Source: Candidatus Micrarchaeia archaeon
Lineage (GTDB): Archaea; Micrarchaeota; Micrarchaeia; Burarchaeales; JAVZCV01
Assembly: GCA_038874215.1 (NCBI GenBank)
Contig: JAVZCV010000017.1
Location: 1 to 25,986 of the forward strand
DNA: 25,986 nucleotides
Direction: 5' to 3'
Shown here: positions 16,194 to 25,876 of the stretch, piece after piece
How positions within the stretch are numbered: the first letter of the stretch is position 1
How the letters are laid out: every line of letters begins with the position of its first letter
Made by a program: the position numbers and the translations under genes
Notes under the pieces: generated by a model
What the model saw: only the letters and a program-made list of their open reading frames with translations
Told to the model about the DNA's origin: nothing
The model's database searches: none

Positions 16194-17336
16194 CTATTTT
16201 GGCATAACAGATGCGAACGCATCAACAACACGTTTTATCTGCCTCCTGCTTATTACAAGAGGAGGGACAATTCTTATAACATTAACCGCAGTCGGAGTAG
16301 TCAGTACCCCTTTTTCAATCAGCTGCTCGCAGTATTTCCTGCAAGGCTCAGCGAGCTCAACTCCAACCATAAGCCCAAGCCCTCGTGCATTCAGCCCCAC
16401 TTTCATCAAGGAGCGCAATAAATATCCCCCATTTTTTTCAGCCTTCTCCGCCAGTTTCTCGCCCACAATCACATCTATTGTTGCATTCGCAGCAGCGCAA
16501 GCAAGAGGATTGCCGCCAAAAGTGCTTCCGTGGTCGCCGAGTGCAAATGAGCTCATAATATCATCATTTGCGGCGACTGCACCCATCGGCATACCGCCCG
16601 CAATCGCTTTCCCCATACAGAGTATATCTGGTTCTACCCCAAATCTCTGAAATGCGAACATCCGACCCGTTCTTCCAAAGCCCGTCTGTACCTCATCAAA
16701 AATGAGTAGAACAGATTTTTCGTCGCATATTTCCCGAACCTCCTTTATGTACTCCGCGTCCGCCACATGTATGCCCCCTTCCCCCTGAATAGGCTCAACG
16801 ATAACCGCACCAATTTTTTCATCAATGGCATCCCGAAGTGCTTGGGCATCGTTGAACTTCACGTGTTTTGCCCCTTCCATCAAAGGCGCAAACTGCTCTT
16901 TATACTTCGGGTTCCACGTAAGAGAAAGCGATCCTATCGTCCTTCCATGGAATGCGTTCTCCATAGCTATAATGCCGTGTTTCTTTGTATGCTTCCGTGC
17001 GAGTTTTATCGCAGCCTCTACCGCTTCTGTACCGCTGTTGCAGAAAAACGTTCTCTCCTTGTTCGTAATCAGTGCGATTTTTTCAGCGAGTTTTGGCTGC
17101 TCCTCATTGTAAAACCAATTTGACGTTGCTATAAGCTTCCGTGCCTGTTCGCATATCGCCTTCACAACCTTCGGATGACAGTGCCCAACGTTGCTTACAG
17201 CCACGCCCGCAACACAATCTATATACTCTCTCCCTGCATTGTCCCATACAAGCGCACCTTTTCCCCTTGCGAGCACAATTCTGAAACGGTTGTACGTTTG
17301 GGCAACATATTTCGCATCCAAGCCAAACACATCCAT
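16194..17336 (-). CDS. argD: Acetylornithine aminotransferase family (ArgD/LysJ), class III PLP enzyme
   Basis: NSGTEAVEAAIKLAR, FHGRT, EPIQGEGG, DEVQTGFGRTG, GKAIAGG, HGSTFGGNPLA. Confidence 0.9.
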   Translation of the reverse strand: MDVFGLDAKYVAQTYNRFRIVLARGKGALVWDNAGREYIDCVAGVAVSNVGHCHPKVVKAICEQARKLIATSNWFYNEEQPKLAEKIALITNKERTFFCNSGTEAVEAAIKLARKHTKKHGIIAMENAFHGRTIGSLSLTWNPKYKEQFAPLMEGAKHVKFNDAQALRDAIDEKIGAVIVEPIQGEGGIHVADAEYIKEVREICDEKSVLLIFDEVQTGFGRTGRMFAFQRFGVEPDILCMGKAIAGGMPMGAVAANDDIMSSFALGDHGSTFGGNPLACAAANATIDVIVGEKLAEKAEKNGGYLLRSLMKVGLNARGLGLMVGVELAEPCRKYCEQLIEKGVLTTPTAVNVIRIVPPLVISRRQIKRVVDAFASVMPK

Positions 17337-17347
17337 AGAATAACCTT

Positions 17348-18154
17348 CTAAATTACCAAAGTACCATTATTTTCAAGAGCCCTATAAACGGGCTTTTTCA
17401 CACGGCCATCAGCCATCACGGCGCGCACGCCCGCCTTCGCAGCCAATACACACGCTTCAGCTTTCGCAACCATCCCCCCCGTTATCCTGCCTTCACTAAG
17501 CATGAACCTTAACTTATCTGCTTTTATTTTTTTGACGAGCGTTTTTTCTTCTCCGAGTTTGAGCATCATTCCTGGCACATCTGTTAGTAGAATGAGATAG
17601 TCTGCTTTCAGGTCTCTCGCTGCCACCGCAGCAAGCTCATCCCCATTTATATTAAGGCATTCATCCTTTTTTCCCTTCCCAAGGCAAAGAAGCACGGGGA
17701 TAATCTGCGCCCGAAGGAGCATTTCAATGAGATACGGTTCTACCCGTTTCGTAATCCCCGTATATCCTATCCATGCGCGCTTTTTCTTTCCCCCTTCCTC
17801 AAATGTTATATACTCCTGCTTCTCTGCAATTATGCTATCACCCGTTGTTCCGCCAATCGCTACCCCAATGCCTCCATGCTTGCCTATCAAACCTAAAATG
17901 TGGTAGGCCTCGCCGCAAATAACCATCTTCATAAGCTCAAGCGTCTCCTTATCAGTAACGCGCCATGGGCGAGGTTTTCCAACCCAACTTTGCCTTATAC
18001 CGTATTTTTCAGCAACAGTGTTTAGCGCGCGCCCGCCCCCTTGAACCAAGATAACTTCATTTCTTTTTGAAAGGCTTACAACATCGCTTACTATCCTATC
18101 CATGCTTTCCTGGTTGTCCATTATGCTACCGCCAACCTTAACAACTATGCGCAT
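17348..18154 (-). CDS. argB: Acetylglutamate / LysW-amino acid kinase (ArgB/LysZ family)
   Basis: VVKVGGS, VQGGG, RVTDKET, NINGD, LTDVPG, GGMVAKAEA. Start at ATG 18154 (MRIVVKVGG). Confidence 0.85.
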   Translation of the reverse strand: MRIVVKVGGSIMDNQESMDRIVSDVVSLSKRNEVILVQGGGRALNTVAEKYGIRQSWVGKPRPWRVTDKETLELMKMVICGEAYHILGLIGKHGGIGVAIGGTTGDSIIAEKQEYITFEEGGKKKRAWIGYTGITKRVEPYLIEMLLRAQIIPVLLCLGKGKKDECLNINGDELAAVAARDLKADYLILLTDVPGMMLKLGEEKTLVKKIKADKLRFMLSEGRITGGMVAKAEACVLAAKAGVRAVMADGRVKKPVYRALENNGTLVI

Positions 18155-18196
18155 GAGAAAACACCGCATGGTAAATTCTTATAGGTATCCTCGTTT

Positions 18197-18622
18197 CTAA
18201 CTGCCCCCCTTTTCTTTCTTTTCCAGCAATTCTTCCACGAGCAATCTGTCCCTTGCTTCTGTTACATTCCTGCACACATTCTCTGCACTTTGCGATATAT
18301 GCCTGATTATTTTTTTCCAACTATAAACAATCTCAGAAGACAGCGAAGCCCTACCACTTCCGCTTGTTTCCTTTGCCTCTGTTTTCTCAATGACGGGTTC
18401 ATCAAATATCGGGACAGCACGCTGTTCGTATTCAACCCCATCCACAGAACATTCGCCCATTTCCATCTTAGCACTTTTAAGAAATAGATAGGCTTCTCTG
18501 ACGAGCAACATATCCGCATCCTTTGTTTTCATATACTCGTTGATTAGGCTCTCCAATCTGGATAAGGCAATTCTCAGCTCAATTTCTCCCCCTTTTCCAA
18601 TTGCCCCAGCCTTACCCTGCAT
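18197..18622 (-). CDS. Hypothetical protein (helical, charged)
   Basis: 141-aa ORF co-oriented with its neighbours and filling the gap; no recognisable motif. Confidence 0.65.
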   Translation of the reverse strand: MQGKAGAIGKGGEIELRIALSRLESLINEYMKTKDADMLLVREAYLFLKSAKMEMGECSVDGVEYEQRAVPIFDEPVIEKTEAKETSGSGRASLSSEIVYSWKKIIRHISQSAENVCRNVTEARDRLLVEELLEKKEKGGS

Positions 18623-18677
18623 AAATAGATGATTGAAAAACCTGTATAAATAGATGGCGGATGTTCCGAAGCCTCAT

Positions 18678-19385
18678 CTACAACTTCTTCATTCTAATAG
18701 CGTGCGGGCAACAGTATGCATACTCGCACGTTGCGCATATGCTCGGCTCATCGCAAGTTTTCGGCTCAACTTCCTCCCTTAAAATTTTAATAAAACGTGA
18801 AAGCGCATTCTCAACTTCCTCTGGCTTAAACCGCTCTTCTATCTCCCCCAAAACCTTTCTCGTGTTTATATCTCTTTCAACTATGCGCATGTACAGCGTA
18901 TTTTTTGAGAAAATTTCTCGCCCTATTTCTACAAACTTGGTATCCTTTTTCCAGAATACCCTACCGAATTTCAGTCCATAGCAGTATGCCCCAAGCTGAT
19001 ATCTATGGTGGAGGCCCATCTGCTTTCTTTCCTGTGTAACAAACTTTTCATCCACGACTACAACTCTATCCCCGAGCTTCAGAAGCTTATCAAGCCTCCC
19101 GCAAAACCTCATGCCCCCATATATAAAGCCTACGCGAATGCTTTCGTTTGGCAACTCAATGCATGTACGCGGATTGCGTAGCTGGGCGAGCAATTCCGAA
19201 GGCGAAATAGGCTTATAACCCTTCAACGCATCAATATCCGCAGAAATCTTATGCTGCTTTATTCCCTTCCACACTTCCTCCCGAAATTCTGGCTTATAAC
19301 CCATAACCAAACCGAGATATGCCTTCAACTCGCATATTCCGATACACGAAAATCGGCTTATGTGCACAACACGTACGTAGTCCAC
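18678..19385 (-). CDS. Solo Cas4-like PD-(D/E)XK nuclease with [4Fe-4S]-type Cys pattern
   Basis: N-terminal Cys (ICELK), GRLD, VVDEK, QLGAY, C-terminal CATCEYAYCC. Confidence 0.85.
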   Translation of the reverse strand: MDYVRVVHISRFSCIGICELKAYLGLVMGYKPEFREEVWKGIKQHKISADIDALKGYKPISPSELLAQLRNPRTCIELPNESIRVGFIYGGMRFCGRLDKLLKLGDRVVVVDEKFVTQERKQMGLHHRYQLGAYCYGLKFGRVFWKKDTKFVEIGREIFSKNTLYMRIVERDINTRKVLGEIEERFKPEEVENALSRFIKILREEVEPKTCDEPSICATCEYAYCCPHAIRMKKL

Positions 19386-19464
19386 ATTTTCATTTCTACT
19401 TTTAATGTTTAAAAATGCACGAGGGTGGTTTTCCAGTGTTGAAATAAGCGCAAAACACTCTTGC

Positions 19465-20562
19465 TTACTCTGGTCTATGCGGCATAAGGCCTGACTTTCT
19501 AACTACAATCCACATACCAACAACCGAAACAACAGTTGAAACAACTATCACCCCCAAGAACCACCATTGGTCTTTTGTATCCAAGGGGAAAACAGGCACC
19601 GATGCAACAGTTGCAAGAGTGTTAGGGACGATAAGCGCTGTTCCAAGTATTGTTAGATAGGCTACGAGAAGAGACAACCTGTTGTTCAGAATCTGCAACT
19701 GGTTGTTGTATATTGATTGAAGAACCTCAAGCCCACTTGCAAGCACCTCGCTCATGTGCTCTGAAAGGCCTATCTGTCCATTCACATCTGCTATAAGCCC
19801 CCCTATCCTGTCCAGTATCCTCGGGTTATCCGTAAGGAGGTCTGCATCACCGTAGCGAAGTGAGTCAAGCGCATCAACAGTGGCCCAAAGAGCCCCAAGA
19901 TATACTATGAGAGCGTGCTTCATGCTGTAGATTTTATTCCCTATCCTACTTGGTGGGCTCTTTGTATTCAAAAGTTCAGCGCTGAGTTCATCACCGTGCT
20001 CCTCTATCTCGCGAAGATGATCAAAATTCCTTGCGTTGTTCTCCTCTATCAGTCTGATTAGGAGGAGCGTAATCTTATCGTTCTGCGGCGCACCTCTCGG
20101 CAGTTTGCGCAAAAGCGTCTCGGCGTATTTTCTCACTCGGAAAAACCTCCGCGTCTCGATGGTATGGAGCGTCACAATGACATTTTCCCGTATTAAAATG
20201 AGCAAGGGATCAAGCAAAACGTCAAATCCTCTCACGCGTATGGCTGGAAGAAGGAGACCCATTTCATTCCCAAAATCTTCATAGCCACTTCTCGTATTTT
20301 TAAGAAGATTCTTAACAAGAAGTTCGCTAAACCCCAACGTCTTTGCAACCTCTATACTCTCGCCCTCAAAATTATCACCAACTACATAATCAACCCACGC
20401 AACCGAGGCATCCGCAAGCATAGGACAGAAATCGTTTGCATTTTTTGATTCTGCATGTCTTGTTTCGCCACCTCTGCTCAAAACGGCGCAGAAGCCCATC
20501 TCTTCCAGAGCTGTTTGCCCGTTAACCGCATTGGGAGCCTTGCTAGTGGGGAGAGTGGGCAT
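19465..20562 (-). CDS. CorA/ZntB-fold divalent cation transporter-like protein
   Basis: Soluble N-domain (WVD..., IVTLH), long helices, two C-terminal TM helices after NNRLSLL. The GMN motif is absent. Confidence 0.75.
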   Translation of the reverse strand: MPTLPTSKAPNAVNGQTALEEMGFCAVLSRGGETRHAESKNANDFCPMLADASVAWVDYVVGDNFEGESIEVAKTLGFSELLVKNLLKNTRSGYEDFGNEMGLLLPAIRVRGFDVLLDPLLILIRENVIVTLHTIETRRFFRVRKYAETLLRKLPRGAPQNDKITLLLIRLIEENNARNFDHLREIEEHGDELSAELLNTKSPPSRIGNKIYSMKHALIVYLGALWATVDALDSLRYGDADLLTDNPRILDRIGGLIADVNGQIGLSEHMSEVLASGLEVLQSIYNNQLQILNNRLSLLVAYLTILGTALIVPNTLATVASVPVFPLDTKDQWWFLGVIVVSTVVSVVGMWIVVRKSGLMPHRPE

Positions 20563-20649
20563 ATACTACTTTTCTACCGCGGTATTATAAAATTTTGCGG
20601 ATTGATACTTGTTTATTATTCTAAACACAAAAATACTCGCGGTGGTTTA

Positions 20650-23600
20650 TTGCCTAACATTGACGAATATTTCAAAATGCTTAACACTAACCTCGGAGAG
20701 GCATACCGTGTTGCAAGAGAGGCAAGGGCGAAGAATTTTGACCCAGAGCCAGATGTTGAAATAACGCCTGCCGAGGATGTTGCTGGCCGTGTTCAGGCAA
20801 TAGTCGGCCCTCCTGGTGTTGCAGAAGGGATAAGGCGAATAGAAAGCGATGAAAGAGAAAAGATTGCGTTTGAAATAGTTGGGCAGATTCTTGAAGGAAG
20901 ATACGGGAAAATAGGGGACAGGCAGAAATTGATAGAGCAAGCAATACGTACGGGGCTCGCAATACTAACAGAAGGAGTGCTCGTAGCACCGACAGAGGGA
21001 ATAGCAGCAGTAGAGATACTAAAAAATCCAGACGGAAGCGATTATCTTTCCGTATATTTTGCTGGGCCTATAAGGTCTGCCGGCGGAACATCTGCTGCCA
21101 TGAGCGTAGTTCTTGCAGACTATGCAAGAAGAAAATTCGGCATATCGGCATACAGGCCTACTGACACGGAGGTTGAACGTTATGTTGAAGAAATATATAG
21201 ATACGACACTGAAAAGCGCCTTCAGTACAGGCCGACAGAGGATGAAATACGCACAATAGTGCGAAATTGCCCTATCTGCATAGATGGAGAGCCAACAGAA
21301 GAGTTTGAGGTATCCGTTCACAAGGGCCTTGAGCGTGTAAAAACAGACCGCGTGCGCGGTGGCGTTGCGCTCGTAATAGCAGAAGGAATAGCGCAGAAGG
21401 CAAGCAAACTGCTAAAAATAACACGAAAATTTGATTTGGACTGGAACTGGCTTGAGAGCATAGTAAAAGTTGACAAGCCAGACGGAAAGGTTGAGATACG
21501 CCCAAACGACAGATACCTTGAAGATATTGCAGCAGGCCGCCCCATTTTCTGCTATCCCTCGAGTGCAGGCGGATTCAGGCTCAGATACGGCAGGACAAGA
21601 ATGACTGGTATCGCGTCAAAAGCGGTTCATCCCGCAACAATGTACATTCTTGACGAGTTTCTTGCGATAGGCACGCAGATGAAAGTTGAAAAACCTGGTA
21701 AGGGTTGCGTCGTAACCCCGTGCGATAGCATAGCTGGGCCAATAGTGAAACTCTACGATGGTAGCGTTGTGAAGATAGAAAGCGCCGAGCAGGCCCTCAA
21801 TTTGAAAAACAAAATAGAGAAAATTCTATTCCTTGGCGACATACTGATATCATACAACGATTTCATAAAATCAAACCATCCACTCCTTCCACCTGCTTTC
21901 TGCGAAGAGGTTTGGCTTGCGCTCGCAGCGGAGAAAGGGAAAAAAATAAGCAAATCCGAACAGATAAGCGCGGACACTGCCTTCAAAATATCAGAAGAAC
22001 TGAAAGTACCTCTCCATCCAAAATACACATATTACTGGAAGGCGCTTGCTGTTGAAGAGGTTCGGTTGCTCGGCGAATGGCTTAAAAAAGGCGAGCTGGT
22101 TTATGACTGGTTCAGGGTCTCTAACCTAAAAGTTGAGAGCGCACCAGAAAAATCACTGCTTGAAAAGATATGGCTTCCTCACAGAGTTGAGGGCGCCCAT
22201 ATTTTTATAGAAGGCGATAACGCTTACGCTCTTCTTCGTTCGCTTGGGCTTCTAAGCGGAGGAAGGCTCAACAGCTCCAAATTTGATAGTTTTTTCAAGA
22301 ACGAATGCCCGCCGACATCCGATGTCCTTGCTGTTATATCACAGCTTTCTGGCGTTGAAATATGGGATATAGCACCGACATTTATAGGGGCGAGAATGGG
22401 CAGGCCAGAGAAGGCAAAAGAAAGGGAGATGAAACCGCCACCACATGTTATCTTCCCCATTGGCTCATTATCTGGCGGGAAGACGAGAAACATTATGAAG
22501 GCATACAACGATGCAAAAAAAAGCGGAAACTTCGGCGTGATGGTGGAGATAGCACGCCTTGTTTGCCCGAACTGCAAGTCTATAGAGTTCACAAACACAT
22601 GTATGAAATGCGGAACAAGAACAACGGTGGAGAGAGTATGTCCGCGATGCGGGAAGAAGGTTACTGCGGATAGCTGCTGCGGCACAAAGCCCGTCTTTTA
22701 CGATAATAGGAGCATAAATATCGTGCAGGCTGTTGAGAAGGCTATTGAGAGGACTGGAAACTCAAAACTTCCAGAAGAGATAAAGGGAGTAAAGGGTATG
22801 ACGAGCGCATACAAAATACCCGAACCGCTTGAGAAGGGCATACTGAGAGCAAAGCACGGCATCAAAGTTTATAAAGACGGAACAGTGCGTTTTGATGCTA
22901 CCGATGTTCCATTAACCCACTTCTGCGCAAAAGAAATAGGTATTAGCGTAGCGAAATTGCGTGAGCTTGGATACACACACGACATGCATGGAAAAGAGCT
23001 CACAAGCGATGAGCAAATCGTTGAACTCATGCCGCAGGATATAATAATATCGGAAAACGGGCTTGAGTACCTATTTAAGGTTGCAAATTTCATAGACGAC
23101 ATGCTGGTTTATCTTTACGGCATAAAGCCTTTCTACAATCTGAAAAGCAAGGAAGAGCTTATAGGGCACCTTGTTATCGGCATATCCCCCCATACATCCG
23201 CAGGAGTTCTGGGAAGAATTATCGGCACTACGAAGGCAAGGGTATGCTACGCACACCCATACTTCCATGCATGCAAAAGAAGAAATGCAGATGGCGATGA
23301 GGACAGCGTGATGCTCCTTCTTGATGCGCTAATAAACTTCTCAAAAAAATTCCTGCCCGAGAAAAGGGGAGGGATGATGGATGCACCACGTGTTCTCACA
23401 ACAAGAATAGAGCCAAAAGAAGTTGACGATGAGGTACATGGGATGGAGATATGCGAAGAATATCCGATTGAGCTTTATAAAGCAGCGATGGATTATGCGC
23501 CACCATCATCCGTAAAAATACCACGCGTTAAGCACAAGCTTGATAAGCCAGACAGATATGAGGGCCTGAACTTCACGCACAGTGCATCATCAATAAACGA

Positions 23601-24027
23601 TGCGCCAATAAGAAGCAAGTATGTGACACTGAAAACGATGGATGAAAAAATAGAAGCACAATTCTCACTGCAGAAAAAGATATCGGCTGTTGACATCAAA
23701 GATGCGGCGGAGCGCCTTCTCCTCAGCCATTTTCTCCCAGATATTTACGGAAACAGGCGCTCATTCTCAAGGCAGAGTTTTAGGTGCGTTGACTGCAACA
23801 AGAAATACAGGCGTGTTCCCCTAAGGGGCAAGTGCACATGCGGCGGCAAGCTTCTCCTCACGGTAAGCAAGGGCGGTGTTGAAAAATACCTTGCGATTTC
23901 ACACAAAATCGTAGATGAATACGGACTGCCAAAATACCTGAAGCAGAGACTGATACTTGTTGAAAGCGACATCAGTTCAACGTTTGTAGAGGAGAAGAAG
24001 CAGGTTTCTCTTGCAGAATTCATGTGA
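20650..24027 (+). CDS. polC: DNA polymerase D (Pol II) large subunit DP2
   Basis: TEGVLVAPTEGI, AGPIRSAGGT, GGFRLRYGR, RMGRPEKA, catalytic DGDED, two Zn-finger regions, PIP box KQVSLAEFM. TTG 20650 follows SD GGTGG. Confidence 0.97.
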   Translation: MPNIDEYFKMLNTNLGEAYRVAREARAKNFDPEPDVEITPAEDVAGRVQAIVGPPGVAEGIRRIESDEREKIAFEIVGQILEGRYGKIGDRQKLIEQAIRTGLAILTEGVLVAPTEGIAAVEILKNPDGSDYLSVYFAGPIRSAGGTSAAMSVVLADYARRKFGISAYRPTDTEVERYVEEIYRYDTEKRLQYRPTEDEIRTIVRNCPICIDGEPTEEFEVSVHKGLERVKTDRVRGGVALVIAEGIAQKASKLLKITRKFDLDWNWLESIVKVDKPDGKVEIRPNDRYLEDIAAGRPIFCYPSSAGGFRLRYGRTRMTGIASKAVHPATMYILDEFLAIGTQMKVEKPGKGCVVTPCDSIAGPIVKLYDGSVVKIESAEQALNLKNKIEKILFLGDILISYNDFIKSNHPLLPPAFCEEVWLALAAEKGKKISKSEQISADTAFKISEELKVPLHPKYTYYWKALAVEEVRLLGEWLKKGELVYDWFRVSNLKVESAPEKSLLEKIWLPHRVEGAHIFIEGDNAYALLRSLGLLSGGRLNSSKFDSFFKNECPPTSDVLAVISQLSGVEIWDIAPTFIGARMGRPEKAKEREMKPPPHVIFPIGSLSGGKTRNIMKAYNDAKKSGNFGVMVEIARLVCPNCKSIEFTNTCMKCGTRTTVERVCPRCGKKVTADSCCGTKPVFYDNRSINIVQAVEKAIERTGNSKLPEEIKGVKGMTSAYKIPEPLEKGILRAKHGIKVYKDGTVRFDATDVPLTHFCAKEIGISVAKLRELGYTHDMHGKELTSDEQIVELMPQDIIISENGLEYLFKVANFIDDMLVYLYGIKPFYNLKSKEELIGHLVIGISPHTSAGVLGRIIGTTKARVCYAHPYFHACKRRNADGDEDSVMLLLDALINFSKKFLPEKRGGMMDAPRVLTTRIEPKEVDDEVHGMEICEEYPIELYKAAMDYAPPSSVKIPRVKHKLDKPDRYEGLNFTHSASSINDAPIRSKYVTLKTMDEKIEAQFSLQKKISAVDIKDAAERLLLSHFLPDIYGNRRSFSRQSFRCVDCNKKYRRVPLRGKCTCGGKLLLTVSKGGVEKYLAISHKIVDEYGLPKYLKQRLILVESDISSTFVEEKKQVSLAEFM

Positions 24028-24031
24028 TAAA

Positions 24032-25783
24032 CTAAACGGAATCGGCAACAGTCTTCTTTGACTGCATATCATGCATCCTTATTATCTCACCCACTGTTGT
24101 AGCATCTGTTGGCCCCTTATCCATCCTTATTCCTCCTATTATGCGTGGAAATCTAAGGGCATACCCCTTAGTTTCATTTTCCTTTCTGCCGCACGTATGC
24201 GTAGGCGAGCGCGTTATCTCGTCCGCAGATACAGAAACCACATACTTCGGAATTACCCAGAAATCAGGGGTTATTAGGGCGTCAACCTCTGTGGGCTTCT
24301 CTTTAACTCTGATCTTGTCAAGCTCTCTTCTGAATTCCACCATCTGTTCTTCAGTGAAGCCCGAGCCTATTTTCGCAACGGTTTTGAACCTTCCATCCTC
24401 TTCATCATAAACTGCACCGAGAAGCCCTCCAAACCCAAACTGCGCCCTTTTTCCTTTCCCAAGGTAATAACCCACTATAACCACGTCAACTGTGTCTGCG
24501 AGTTCGCCTTGGTATGAGCGCTTCAGCTTTATCCAAGCGAATTTTCTCGCACCCGCAACATAGGGTGCGTTCAGGTCTTTTGCAACTATGCCCTCAAGCC
24601 CACGCTCAATGTATGACTCAAAATATTCCTCAAGCTCCTTGGCGCTACTTGCTATCTTCATATCCGCAGGCTCTATTATGCCTGCGTGCATGTTCTCTTC
24701 TATCATCTTCCGCCTTCTCGCGTAGGGTTCATTCGTCAAATCCCTACCATTTAGGTAGAGAATCTCAAAAACGAAAAGTTTTAGCGGATACTCCTCTGCC
24801 ATCTCCTCTACGCCGTACTTTCTTTTCCGCTGTATTGTCATTTGGAAAGGATAGAACTCGCCCGTTGTTTCGTTCACAGCAAGCGCCTCCCCCTCAAATA
24901 TAGCGCTTTCAACCTTCAACTCCCTCGCAGACTCAACTATCTCTGGGAACATTGAGGTAGTCCTCTCAAGTTTTCTTGAGAATATCTCAACAACATCCCC
25001 CTTCTTATGCACCTGGCATCTAAAACCATCGTATTTCGCTTCTACTGCGCATTCACCTATCTTTTCAATTATCTCCTCTGCGCTTGCCAGTCTCTCTGCG
25101 AGCGCTGGCCTTATAGGCTTAAAGGGCTCAACCGTTATTCCTCTTATGCTTGCGGGGTCCTCAAAGAATTTCTTGGCAACAAAGCCCAAATCCGAAGTAA
25201 TGTTGTATGCCCTTTCTATCTCCTCGCGTAGGCTCTTATCCCCCGCATGGTATGCGGAAAGCGCGTCTATCATCGTTGCATCTCCAAGCCCGAGTCTCAG
25301 TCTTCCTATCGGAAACCTCGTTATATAACGTGCCTCCTTCGGAGTTGCATTGTTCAGCAAATCAACGAGCGCCTTTATCTTCGCTTCTTGGCTTCCTTTG
25401 CCCCCCGTCTTAGCGATTTTGAGAAAATTATCATATACTTTCTCAACTGTAAGAGGCTCCACGAAAAGCGATGTCTGCTTTTTATCTTTTATGAGCGCCT
25501 CTGCAACGAGCCCAAGGTCCCCTAGCTTCTTATACTTCTCCTCAACTATCCTTTTGGGGTATCCCGTAGCAAGCGATATAGCCTCCTCAACAAACTTCTC
25601 CCCAAGCCCTACTTCCAAACCCTCGTGCGGAGGGGCGACGAGACCCTGAGAGAGATATATTATTTTGTCTATGTTTCCTGCGTTTGCTTTCGCAAAAACA
25701 TCAGCCATTATGCCCATTATCTCAAGACGCGCCTGCGTGCCTTCTATCCTTTCATACGCATCGGCGAGCAACGAGAAGGGCAT
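24032..25783 (-). CDS. lig: ATP-dependent DNA ligase
   Basis: EAKYDGFR (motif I), FEGE, EGIVAK, WIKLK, ALRFPR. Start is ATG 25783 or 25813. Confidence 0.97.
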   Translation of the reverse strand: MPFSLLADAYERIEGTQARLEIMGIMADVFAKANAGNIDKIIYLSQGLVAPPHEGLEVGLGEKFVEEAISLATGYPKRIVEEKYKKLGDLGLVAEALIKDKKQTSLFVEPLTVEKVYDNFLKIAKTGGKGSQEAKIKALVDLLNNATPKEARYITRFPIGRLRLGLGDATMIDALSAYHAGDKSLREEIERAYNITSDLGFVAKKFFEDPASIRGITVEPFKPIRPALAERLASAEEIIEKIGECAVEAKYDGFRCQVHKKGDVVEIFSRKLERTTSMFPEIVESARELKVESAIFEGEALAVNETTGEFYPFQMTIQRKRKYGVEEMAEEYPLKLFVFEILYLNGRDLTNEPYARRRKMIEENMHAGIIEPADMKIASSAKELEEYFESYIERGLEGIVAKDLNAPYVAGARKFAWIKLKRSYQGELADTVDVVIVGYYLGKGKRAQFGFGGLLGAVYDEEDGRFKTVAKIGSGFTEEQMVEFRRELDKIRVKEKPTEVDALITPDFWVIPKYVVSVSADEITRSPTHTCGRKENETKGYALRFPRIIGGIRMDKGPTDATTVGEIIRMHDMQSKKTVADSV

Positions 25784-25876
25784 GCATTCGCTTTTCCTTT
25801 GTTTTTCTAGCATGTTATCACTTTTGCTTCCAACATATAAATTACTTTTTTATATGTTCCAAACTGCTTAGTAAGC

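Noticed and set aside
20455-20649. 65-aa N-terminal extension of polC in the ORF track
   Set aside because: It overlaps the divergent CorA-like gene and the promoter region; DP2 similarity starts at about PNIDEYF, and TTG 20650 has an SD.
20650-24027. Intein in DP2
   Set aside because: Length about 1125 aa with a continuous RRNADGDED; no LAGLIDADG or splicing motifs seen.
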